From Planctomycetota bacterium (GTDB taxonomy: Bacteria; Planctomycetota; UBA1135; UBA2386): a DNA stretch of 64,000 nucleotides. The notes beneath the pieces were generated by a model. That model was not told the origin of the DNA. It saw only the letters and a program-made list of their open reading frames with translations, and did no database searches. Position numbers and translations under genes: made by a program. Of this stretch, positions 39,380-47,851 are shown one piece after another. Location of the stretch: contig JADJWQ010000004.1 in NCBI GenBank assembly GCA_016716265.1, forward strand, positions 75,126 to 139,125. The letters are read 5' to 3'. Positions within the stretch are counted from its first letter, which is position 1. Each line of letters starts with the position of its first letter.

Positions 39380-39922
39380 TCAACCCTCATCGTCGGGGGC
39401 GATCAACGCTGCGAAGCGCGGGTCGTCGCGGAGGGGGTCGAGGTCGCGCTCGTCGAGCGCGTGCTCGCGGAACTCCGGCTCGAGGCCACACGCGAGGGTG
39501 ACCTCGTCCAGCGCGCGCTCGACATCGCCGAGCAACGCCAGATAGCAGCCGAGGTTGTAGTGACCGATCGCGGAGCGCGGCAGCTCGACGAGGAGACGCA
39601 GCATCGTGCCGGCTGCGCCGCGCAGGTCGCCGAGGCGCTTCTGGCACCATGCGCGCTGGACGGCGAGCCATTCGGGGTCGTGCGGGTACCGGGCGATCTC
39701 GTCGAGCCGCAGCAGGGCGTCCGCGTAGCGACCGAGCTCCACCATCGCGCGCGCCTCGAGCATCTGCGCCACCGGGCGTGCGGCCGGGATCCGGAGCAGC
39801 GGGGCGAGCTTCTCCAGCGCGCGCGTGGTCGCGCCGAGTTCGAGCCAGCCCTCCACCTCGACGGCGAGCCGGTGCACCGCCGCCGGCAGGTCGAAGCTCG
39901 GCGGCGTCGGGTCAGTAGCCAT
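39380..39922 (-). CDS. TPR-like repeat protein
   Basis: Helical repeat pattern ('ARAMVELGRYADALLRLDEI', 'AWCQKRLGDLRGAAGTMLRLLEL', 'YNLGCYLALLGDVERALDEV'). Its start overlaps the upstream hydrolase stop. Confidence 0.55.
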   Translation of the reverse strand: MATDPTPPSFDLPAAVHRLAVEVEGWLELGATTRALEKLAPLLRIPAARPVAQMLEARAMVELGRYADALLRLDEIARYPHDPEWLAVQRAWCQKRLGDLRGAAGTMLRLLVELPRSAIGHYNLGCYLALLGDVERALDEVTLACGLEPEFREHALDERDLDPLRDDPRFAALIAPDDEG

Positions 39923-40643
39923 GGAAGTCCGCGGCGATCGCCAGCAGGGCGTCGATCTGGACGTTCAGCCGGTGGTCGCCGCCCGGGATCGGTCGGAGCT
40001 CGGCGATCTGGCCGGCGGCGCGCAGCGCGGCGACGAGCTCCTCGCTGCCGCGCAGCGGCACCACGTCGTCGCGATCGCCGTGGAAGACCAGCGTGGGGCA
40101 GCGGATCGCCGCGGCGAGCGCCGTCTCGTCGTGCTCGGCGAGGTCGTCGAGCACCGCGCTCTCGAACACGACGGCGCCGTCGGCCCGGTCGAGCGTCGCC
40201 CGGCCGCTCGCGGCGTCGCGCCGGGCGAGCAGGCGGCCGAGAAAGCCGAGCGCGGGCGCGATCAGCGTCAGCGAGACCACCGCGCGCGGGTGGCGGGCGG
40301 CGACCCAGCTCGCGACCAGTCCGCCGAGCGACGAGCCGACCAGATGCGCGGGGCCCGAGCGCTCGAGCACTGCCGCCGCGTCGGCGACGAGGTGGCTGAG
40401 CGGCACCGCGCCCAGCGTGCCCGACGAGCCGCCGTGGCCGCGGAAGTCGAACCGCCACGCGCCGCGCCCGCGCCGGCGTGCCAGCTCGAACAGCGCGCGG
40501 CTCTTCTCGCCGGCGCGGATCGACGCGAGGCCGTGCAGGAACACCAGCGGCGGATCGGCACCCGGCAGTCGGTCGACGACCAGGTGCGCGCCCGGCGCAG
40601 GCTCGATCGTCAGCGTGTGCAGGTCAGTGTCGGCGTCCGCCAT
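39912..40643 (-). CDS. alpha/beta-fold hydrolase
   Basis: ATG at 40643. 'PPLVFLHGLAS', nucleophile elbow 'LVGSSLGGLVA', and C-terminal 'GGDHRL'. Confidence 0.8.
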   Translation of the reverse strand: MADADTDLHTLTIEPAPGAHLVVDRLPGADPPLVFLHGLASIRAGEKSRALFELARRRGRGAWRFDFRGHGGSSGTLGAVPLSHLVADAAAVLERSGPAHLVGSSLGGLVASWVAARHPRAVVSLTLIAPALGFLGRLLARRDAASGRATLDRADGAVVFESAVLDDLAEHDETALAAAIRCPTLVFHGDRDDVVPLRGSEELVAALRAAGQIAELRPIPGGDHRLNVQIDALLAIAADFHGY

Positions 40644-40734
40644 CGTTCGGATCGGGCAGGCCGCGCGCCCGGGCCCCCTGAGGCGGCAGTCTGCGGGCGC
40701 CGGGCGATCCTGTCGAGGACGCTGTGTGGAGGCG

Positions 40735-42495
40735 TCAATCGACCGTGACCAGCGTGCGGCCGGTCTGACCCGGCGTGCCCGGACCGGACGTGACGAGCGG
40801 CGTGATCCGGACCACGACCTCGCGCGACGGCGGGCCACCGCGCAGATCCCTCCGCGCGTCCCAGCGGAACTCCTGCGCCGTGCCGGGCGCCGGACCGCCG
40901 ACCAGCAGCAGGGGATTGCGGCTGCCGGGTGCGGGCGTCGCCGGCGCGAACGTCCCGGTGTCGACCGCGACCTCGACCAGCACCACGGCCAGGTCCGACT
41001 CCGCGTCCGTCAGCTGGAAGCGCACCGCGACGACACCGTCGCCGACCGGCTCGGGCGGCGCGACCGAGCCGACGATCGGGCGGGTGTTCTCGTTCGGTGG
41101 GCCCAGCCACACGAGCGCCTGCTCGACGACGCCGGTTCGATCGGCGAAGGCCGGCAGCGCCAGGTGGTCGTAGAGCGGACCGGAGAACACCTGCCACGCG
41201 AGCACGCCGTTCAGCCCGACACCGCTGTCGACCGCGACGAAGCCGTCGCTCGATGCGCTGCCGACGTCACCGGCGATCGCGAAGTACTCGATGGACGGGC
41301 CGGCCCAATCGACATTGAGCGACGCGACGAACCCGGCAGGTCCGACGTCGAGGTCGAGCAACCCCTGCACGAGCGGCCGGTCCGTGGCGGTGGCGATCGC
41401 CGCGACGGCGCCGAACGGCGAGCTCTCGAGATCCGCACCCTGGTTGGGTGTCGCGACCAGCACGACGCGGTCGACGTGGTCGGTCAGCGGTGGATCCCCC
41501 GGCGCGTAGCCAGGGCGGTCCGCATCGGTGTGCGCGCGCTCGAGGGCGTAGCGGGCGAGCAGGCCGCCGGCGCCGTGGGCGACGATCCGGCACCCGAAGC
41601 CTGGCCCCGCGCCGTCGCGCAGCAGGTCGTAGAGGCGGTTCGCGTTCTCGCGGATCGAGCGTCCGCTCGGGTACTCGAACACGACGACGTTCGCGAACAG
41701 CGCATTGAAACCCGCGCCCGGCAACGCGGTCGCGAGGCTCGCCGAGGTTCCGAGCGACACGGCGGAGCCGAGCGAGCCATGGATGACCAGCAGGTTGTCT
41801 TCCGCGCCGGATTGCCAGAACGACGCCAGGCTGCCCTGGCCGACCTGCACGTCGAGCTCGCCATTGGGTGTCGGCACCAGCAGTCCATTGTCGTACGCCG
41901 CGTGCTGCAGCTCGGCGGGGTCGACCAGCCGAGGTTCCTGGTGGATCAGCACGCGGAGCTGCGGGTGCATCGCGAAGCAGGTGCCGAGCTCGTCCAGCGT
42001 GCCGCTGACGGTGCGGTGCTCGATGTCGCGCTCGGGGTCGGGGAGCAGCAGCGCGTCGCGGGACGGGTCGTCGCGGAACGACCACAGTCCGATCGTCTCG
42101 GCAGCCCACACGGCGCCGACCGTCCGCTCGTACACCTCCGCGTAGTCGATGGTGACGGTGGCTGGCACCGCGAAGCGCAGCCCGACCGGCTCGAAACGGA
42201 ACGTCTGCACGGCACTCGGGAAGCGCGGATCGCCGTAGCGGGCCAGCACGCGGATCTCGACCGGCTCGGCGAGCGCGCCCGCCGGGATCCGGAGCCGCAG
42301 ACCGGGATGGAGCGAGCCGCTGTCCGCGGCCGGTTCGATCACGCCGCCGTCGGGGCCGACCGTGCCGACCGCGACCTCGAACTGCGCGCTGCCGGCGGTC
42401 ACCCCGGAGCGCCGCCGCACGTCGAAGCAGGCCGCGAGCGCGGCCAGCGCGAGGACGAGGGTGACGGAGAGCCGGGCAGAGCGGTGCGGGATCAT
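40735..42495 (-). CDS. lipoprotein with lipase/PGAP1-like alpha/beta domain lacking the nucleophile serine
   Basis: ATG at 42495. Lipobox 'LAALAAC'. 'CRIVAHGAGGLLARYALE' aligns to the G-H-S-M-G-G lipase elbow but has Gly where Ser is expected. Confidence 0.7.
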   Translation of the reverse strand: MIPHRSARLSVTLVLALAALAACFDVRRRSGVTAGSAQFEVAVGTVGPDGGVIEPAADSGSLHPGLRLRIPAGALAEPVEIRVLARYGDPRFPSAVQTFRFEPVGLRFAVPATVTIDYAEVYERTVGAVWAAETIGLWSFRDDPSRDALLLPDPERDIEHRTVSGTLDELGTCFAMHPQLRVLIHQEPRLVDPAELQHAAYDNGLLVPTPNGELDVQVGQGSLASFWQSGAEDNLLVIHGSLGSAVSLGTSASLATALPGAGFNALFANVVVFEYPSGRSIRENANRLYDLLRDGAGPGFGCRIVAHGAGGLLARYALERAHTDADRPGYAPGDPPLTDHVDRVVLVATPNQGADLESSPFGAVAAIATATDRPLVQGLLDLDVGPAGFVASLNVDWAGPSIEYFAIAGDVGSASSDGFVAVDSGVGLNGVLAWQVFSGPLYDHLALPAFADRTGVVEQALVWLGPPNENTRPIVGSVAPPEPVGDGVVAVRFQLTDAESDLAVVLVEVAVDTGTFAPATPAPGSRNPLLLVGGPAPGTAQEFRWDARRDLRGGPPSREVVVRITPLVTSGPGTPGQTGRTLVTVD

Positions 42496-42639
42496 CGCGA
42501 GCGGGACGAGGGCGCCGGTGGGGCGCCTAGTCTGTCTCGGCTCGGTGCCCACCGGGTCGGGAGTCGTTCCCGATCTTCCCGCAGCGTTCGCACGCGGCTG
42601 CGACCCGCGCGGGCCGCGGCGGTGAGTCGAACGAGTGAA

Positions 42640-44823
42640 TCAGACGATCCGCTCGACGTGGTCGACGCGGATCGTGCGCTCGCCCTCGGGGACGACGATC
42701 GAGCTCTCCTCGCCCGGGCGCGTGCCGAGCAGCGCGTGAGCCAGCGGCGCGCGGTAGTTGACGATGTCTTCCTCGATACAGTCCCAGGGGCCGAGGATCC
42801 GCAGCGCGCCGGTCTCGCCGGTGTCGACGTAGGTGAAGCGCACCCGCGTGCCGGGCGCGACCATGCCCTCCGGGATCTTCTGATCCTCGAGCAGCCGCGC
42901 GCGCTTCAGCTCGCGCGACATCTCCTCGGCGCGGCCGGTCAGGTTGCGTTGCTCCTCCATCGCGGCCTCCCACTCGGCGTTCTCCGACAGGTCGCCGTAC
43001 GACGCCGCCGCGTGGATCGCCTTCGCGTTGAGCGGGATCTTCTCGTCGACCAGCACCCGGTGCGCCTCCTTGTGGCGCGCGAAGCCGGCGGTCGTCACGT
43101 AGATCACGCCGTCGTTCTCCCAGAACGGGCGCTCGGGCTTCTTGGTCAGGTCCGGGAAGCGGTCGGCGACCACGCGGAGGATCGCGTCCGTGACCTCCTG
43201 CGGGAACTCCTGGCCGCCGCGCTCGGCGATGCCGAGGAACGCGGCGACATCGGCGCGGGCGCCCGACTCGAGTGCGCGGCCGAGCAGCGACCGCCTGCCG
43301 ACCAGCAGGCTCGTGACGCGCGAGCGGATGCGATTCAGGGCGGGCTCGCCCTTGCGCTCCTTCGCGATGATGCGCGCGAGGTGCATCACGACGCGGGCGA
43401 CACCGACCAGGTCGGGTGCATCCTCACGCCCGTCGAACACGCCGTCGGCGTAGAGCTTCGCGAGCAGGTAGGTGACGGTCGGGTGCTTGCGGGGGAACGG
43501 CGCGACCTGCGCCCAGGTCGGCGCCAGGCGATCCGCGACCTTCGCCTCCTGCAGGCGCTCGACGACGAGCTCGGCCTCTTCGGCCGGCACGCTGGTGATC
43601 TTCGCGAGGCACTGCTCCTCCCAGCCTGCGCCGAGGGCGTCGGGCAGCAGCTGGATCGCATGAGCACGGCTCTCGGCCGTGGCGAGCTGCGCGATCCGCT
43701 CCGGGTGGAACTCGCCGGTGTGGTCGACGACCAGCCGGCGCAGCTCCTCGGCGGCCGACACGCTGGTCGAGCGGCCGTGCTCCTCGAGGAACACGATGCC
43801 GTCGAGCAGGTGGGCGGGCGTGTCGCTGCTCGCCGCGACCGCGGCATCGATCCGCGCCTGCGCGAGGTCGAGGAACGTCGCCTCACCGTGCTCGTGCAGC
43901 CCGCGCGCCAGATACTCGCGCGTCACCGCGATCACCTCGGGGATGTCGTGGCAATGGCCGAGGCGCTTCTCCGCTTCCTCGGCGAGCGACAGCGGCTGCT
44001 TGCGAAGCTCGAAGAGCGGTCGCTGCTTGGTGCCGGTGACCTCCAGCCAGGGGTCGTGCGAGGCGGCGGTCTTGGCCCGCTTCCACCACGCGTTCCAGCT
44101 CTTCTGCGGCACGACCGACGGGCACACCTCGCCCTTGAGCTGCGTGCTCGAGATCGAGCCGCGGAACACGCTCGCCGCCATGCGGATCAGCCGCGACGGG
44201 TCGTCCTGCGCGATGCGATCGAGCCCTGCAGGATCGAGCAGCCGCATCGCGCGGATGTCGTCGGGCGCCAGCGGGCGCAGCGTGTCGACGGCCTTCGCGA
44301 GCGGGAACTCGCGCTCGGCGCCATCGGCGAACTCGACGCGGAGCGTGCGCCCGTGCGGGTCGAGCTCGCGGACGATTCCCTCGCCCCAGCCGGCGCGGTG
44401 GTTGACCACGTTGCCGGGCGTCATCCGGCGCGCGCGCTCGAACAGTGCGAAGGCGTCGGCGGTGGGCTTCTCCGCCGCGAGCCCGCTCAGCTCGCTCACC
44501 ACCTCGAACCAGGGCTCACTGCCGCAGCGCTTGCGGACGATCTGCATCGTGTTGCGCACGAAGCTCTCGTTGTGCGCATCCTTGCGGATCAGCGTGATTG
44601 CCAGCTGCAGCGCGTCGTCGAGGCGATCGCGCTTCTCCAGCGTGTCGACCATCCGGGTGCCGAGGTCGAGCGCCGTGCCGTGCTGGTTGCGGTCGCAGAG
44701 CTCGGTGAGCGTCTGGCAGTAGACCGCCACGTCGCCGGGGCTCTCGACGGCGCGGTCCCAGGCGTCTTGGAGACCGTCGAGATCGCGGCTGCGGACCAGC
44801 GTGAGGTAGTCGTGCTCTGTCAA
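42640..44823 (-). CDS. long GreA/GreB-family transcription elongation factor homolog with large N-terminal extension
   Basis: C-terminal 'AASYGDLSENAEWEAAMEEQRNL...' plus an FKBP-like Gre C-domain 'GTRVRFTYVDTGE...LRILG...NYRAPLAHALLG'. The N-terminal region includes a CarD/TRCF-like segment, 'GNVVNHRAGWGEGIVREL'. Confidence 0.85.
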   Translation of the reverse strand: MTEHDYLTLVRSRDLDGLQDAWDRAVESPGDVAVYCQTLTELCDRNQHGTALDLGTRMVDTLEKRDRLDDALQLAITLIRKDAHNESFVRNTMQIVRKRCGSEPWFEVVSELSGLAAEKPTADAFALFERARRMTPGNVVNHRAGWGEGIVRELDPHGRTLRVEFADGAEREFPLAKAVDTLRPLAPDDIRAMRLLDPAGLDRIAQDDPSRLIRMAASVFRGSISSTQLKGEVCPSVVPQKSWNAWWKRAKTAASHDPWLEVTGTKQRPLFELRKQPLSLAEEAEKRLGHCHDIPEVIAVTREYLARGLHEHGEATFLDLAQARIDAAVAASSDTPAHLLDGIVFLEEHGRSTSVSAAEELRRLVVDHTGEFHPERIAQLATAESRAHAIQLLPDALGAGWEEQCLAKITSVPAEEAELVVERLQEAKVADRLAPTWAQVAPFPRKHPTVTYLLAKLYADGVFDGREDAPDLVGVARVVMHLARIIAKERKGEPALNRIRSRVTSLLVGRRSLLGRALESGARADVAAFLGIAERGGQEFPQEVTDAILRVVADRFPDLTKKPERPFWENDGVIYVTTAGFARHKEAHRVLVDEKIPLNAKAIHAAASYGDLSENAEWEAAMEEQRNLTGRAEEMSRELKRARLLEDQKIPEGMVAPGTRVRFTYVDTGETGALRILGPWDCIEEDIVNYRAPLAHALLGTRPGEESSIVVPEGERTIRVDHVERIV

Positions 44824-44950
44824 GACCGTTGCGGTGCGCTCCAGGCAGGAAACTCGGGTCGCGCAACTTACCGCCCTGGTGGAGCGGGTGCAAAGGCCCG
44901 GACGATCTCACGCGCGGCGCCGGCGCACCGGCGCGCCACCGCGGCCCGGA

Positions 44951-45556
44951 TCAGTCCGCGAGCCGACCGACCATCGTGTGCATGTTCCGCAGCGCGGAGC
45001 TCTCGTCGTACGCGTCGAACGGCAGCTCCTCGAGCAACTCCTCGACCGTCGCGACGAGACACACGTAGAACTCGACGCCGTACTGACGCCGGAACGCGCG
45101 GATCTTGGCGAGCTGCGGATCGCCCACCGCGTCGCAGGTCTCGATCACGACCGACTTTCCTTCGCGACCGCGGCCGCGCACGACCATCGTCGGCGCGTAG
45201 GCGGCGAGGCTGCCGTCGTCGAGCGTGATCTCGAAGTGGCGCGGGCGGTGGCTGTGGGTGACGCCGAGCTGCGTCAGGTGGTCGCAGACGTCGCGCTCGA
45301 GAGCGGTGAGCAACGGCCGGCCGCCGCAGTGGCCGAACACCTGCGGGCGCGTGCTCCGGGCCGGAGATGCCTGCACACCCTGCCGGGACGCGGGGACACC
45401 CGTTCGCGATCCGGAGCGCGTGCGGCGGGTGCCGCTGCCGTCCGCGGTCGCTGCGCCGGAACTCGCCGCGCCGCCCCGCGAGCGGGTACGGCCCTTGTCG
45501 GAGCTGCGGGAGACGGGTGCCTTCTTGGGGGACTTGGTGGGCATGTTGCCTGCCAT
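44951..45556 (-). CDS. hypothetical protein: basic disordered N-terminus plus compact C-terminal domain
   Basis: ATG at 45556 or 45544. The K/R/S/G-rich N-terminal ~95 aa is followed by 'ALERDVCDHLTQLGVTHSHRP..FEITLDDGSLAAYAPTMVVRG..GKSVVIETCD', vaguely PD-(D/E)xK-like. Lies directly upstream of the Gre-like gene on the same strand. Confidence 0.45.
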   Translation of the reverse strand: MAGNMPTKSPKKAPVSRSSDKGRTRSRGGAASSGAATADGSGTRRTRSGSRTGVPASRQGVQASPARSTRPQVFGHCGGRPLLTALERDVCDHLTQLGVTHSHRPRHFEITLDDGSLAAYAPTMVVRGRGREGKSVVIETCDAVGDPQLAKIRAFRRQYGVEFYVCLVATVEELLEELPFDAYDESSALRNMHTMVGRLAD

Positions 45557-45797
45557 GGGGTCGTCGGGAGGGGTGCGGCGCGGCTCGCGCCGGCGCCCCC
45601 GAGGGGTCCGTCGCCGGCCCGGCGGCTCCCGGAGAGGTTGCGAGACCGCTGCGGAGTCCTGCCCGGGGGGCGTGCGATCCGGGAAACTTATCGAACCGGG
45701 GGCGACCCGGGAACCCCGTCGGAATCCCTGAGCGCCCTCGCAGATGGTCACGCGACGGCGGACCTCGCAGCGGGGTCCCCGCCGTCGCTGCGCTGCA

Positions 45798-47615
45798 TCA
45801 CTGCAGCGTGATCGTCATCCCGTTGCTGGTCGCCAGGCTGCCCGGTGCCGGCGGGACGAACGTCACCCACTGCAGCTGGACCTGCACACCGACGAGCTGC
45901 GGGTCGTTGGCGAGCGTCAGCGGTAGACGCGCGACGCCGTTCGCGCCGGCGACGATCGCCGACGACGCGACCGACGGCAGTGCGATCAGCAGGTTACAGC
46001 CGGCCGGGGCGACCGTCGGCGGTAGCGGCGTGCTGGTCTGGCCGACGCCGAAAATGGCGTAGCTGAACGAGCCGGGCGGGACGCGCTCGACGGCGAGCGC
46101 GAAGCTGCCACCGACGACCGGACGGCCGCCATAGGCGCCGCACACCGGTGCGAGCTTCGTGATCGGGTGGCTGCAGCCCTGGCCGTACGGCACGTAGCCG
46201 GTGGGGAACGGTCCGGGCATGAAGCCGTCGTCGAACGCCGTCCAGTCCTTGATGAACGGACCGAAGGTCGTGTTCCAGACGTGGCCGCCGGCGCGCGCCC
46301 AGGTCCACGTCTCGCGCGCCTCGCCGGTCTCGACGACGCCGTTGCTGTTCAGGTCCTCCATCGCGAACACGTGCTTGTTCGCAGGTGCGGTGGCACCCCA
46401 GCAGACGTGGAGGCCACCGTCGACGGCCTTCATGGAGAACACGCGGTCGTTGAGGTCGGAGACCGGCGAGCCGCCGATCGTGTAGCTGAGCGGCTGCACG
46501 CCCGCGACGGGCTGGCCGGAGAAGTTCGCGAACAGCGAGATCTCACCGTTGTCGATGCGGTAGTCGCCGTCCGCGTCGGCCCACTTGTAGAACAGGCCGT
46601 GGATGGCGACCCCACCCGGATTGGTGAAGATGAAGCCCGAGTTGTAGCCAGCGCCGAAGAAGTACTCGCGCGGGCCGAAGCCGCTCGGCTTCGCCGCCGC
46701 GAAGAACTCGACGAGCCCGACCGGCTTGGTCCCGGCGGTGCTGCTGGCCACACCGTCCCACTGCGGAAATGCGCCGTTGACGTCGAAGTCCGGGTAGGTC
46801 GGGACGTCGTTGATCTGCGACGGGTTGAAGAACACCGACGCGGTGGCGACGCCATTGTTGTCGGTGAACGCGTACCAGGCGAACTGGTCGGGGGAGTTGG
46901 CGGTGGTGACGGTCGTCGAGCCGCGGCTGTAGGCGATCACCGTGCCGTTGTCGAGCGTGTGGACCTGCTCCCACAGGTGGCTGACGAGCGCAGTGGTCCC
47001 GGTGCCGGCGCGGTTCGGCACCGACAGATTGGAGCCGGCCCCGACGAACACCGTCTGCTCGCCGGCGTCCATCGCGTCGCCGTCACCGTTGAGGTCGACG
47101 AGGCGGTGGATGCCGCGGCCGAACGGGGACGCGCTGTCGTCCTGCGCGACGTAGACGATCGTCTGCGGATTGGCGGCCGACTGGTTGCGCCAGGCGGTGA
47201 TGCCGTCCGGCGAGAACCCGCTCTGGAAGTCGAAGAACAGCGTCACCTCGCTCGGGTCGAGGACGCCGTTGTTGTTCGTGTCCACGCCGCGGGTGATGTG
47301 GCCCTCGGACGAATCCGCGATGTAGAACGCGTAGCTCGCGCCCTCGCGCACCCACTTCATGTCCGAGATGTACGAGACGGCGCCCGCAGTCACGTACGAC
47401 GTGCGCAGGAACGCGAAGGTCTCCTCGGTCCCCTCGCTGAGCATGCCGTCGCCGTTGAGATCGCGCTGCCGCGAGATCGGATACGAGTTGCCGGTGGGAC
47501 CGGATGGGCCACCACTGTCGGCGAAGCCACACAGGATCATGTAGTCCTGGCTGGCGAGATCCGGACCGAGCAGAGCGCCGCCGAGCGCGGCGCAGACGAG
47601 GATGGAGTGCTTCAT
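45798..47615 (-). CDS. secreted protein with repeated DxDxDG-type (calcium-binding-like) motifs and a Cys-containing C-terminal module
   Basis: ATG at 47615 gives MKHSILVCAALGGALLG, a signal peptide. Motifs DLNGDGMLSEG, DTNNNGVLDPSE, DLNGDGDAMDAGE, DADGDYRIDNGE and DLNSNGVVETGE. The C-terminal ~125 aa follow the pattern 'GQGC...GG.F.L.V...P.S....FG......P....AGCNLL...P......G.A.LPL..ND..L.G...Q.QW'. Confidence 0.75.
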   Translation of the reverse strand: MKHSILVCAALGGALLGPDLASQDYMILCGFADSGGPSGPTGNSYPISRQRDLNGDGMLSEGTEETFAFLRTSYVTAGAVSYISDMKWVREGASYAFYIADSSEGHITRGVDTNNNGVLDPSEVTLFFDFQSGFSPDGITAWRNQSAANPQTIVYVAQDDSASPFGRGIHRLVDLNGDGDAMDAGEQTVFVGAGSNLSVPNRAGTGTTALVSHLWEQVHTLDNGTVIAYSRGSTTVTTANSPDQFAWYAFTDNNGVATASVFFNPSQINDVPTYPDFDVNGAFPQWDGVASSTAGTKPVGLVEFFAAAKPSGFGPREYFFGAGYNSGFIFTNPGGVAIHGLFYKWADADGDYRIDNGEISLFANFSGQPVAGVQPLSYTIGGSPVSDLNDRVFSMKAVDGGLHVCWGATAPANKHVFAMEDLNSNGVVETGEARETWTWARAGGHVWNTTFGPFIKDWTAFDDGFMPGPFPTGYVPYGQGCSHPITKLAPVCGAYGGRPVVGGSFALAVERVPPGSFSYAIFGVGQTSTPLPPTVAPAGCNLLIALPSVASSAIVAGANGVARLPLTLANDPQLVGVQVQLQWVTFVPPAPGSLATSNGMTITLQ

Positions 47616-47851
47616 CGATAGCGGAGGGATGGGCTGCGCGGGGAGCGCCCGCGGATCGGACGCCCATGGTCGCGCGACGGGAACGCGACAGGGTAGCTCC
47701 GCGCCGGATTTCTCACAGCCCGACGCGCGCTCCCCCGGCATGATTGCGAGCATCCGCAACTGTCCTCCGCTGCGCCGTCCCATCTTGCGTCCCGCGGCGG
47801 GACCCGGAGCCTCGACAGCTCGCGCGGATCGCTGGATCATCGTGGCCCGCG

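Noticed and set aside
40093-45228. 1711-aa plus-strand ORF. Similar giant ORFs are 47837..50743(-), 58010..61930(+), 60352..63414(-), 61059..63953(+), 48691..50550(+) and 5406..6743(-).
   Set aside because: Their translations are Arg/Ala/Gly/Pro-rich low-complexity sequence. They lie antisense or out of frame to genes with clear family motifs. This is the expected stop-codon-poor artefact of ~70% GC DNA.
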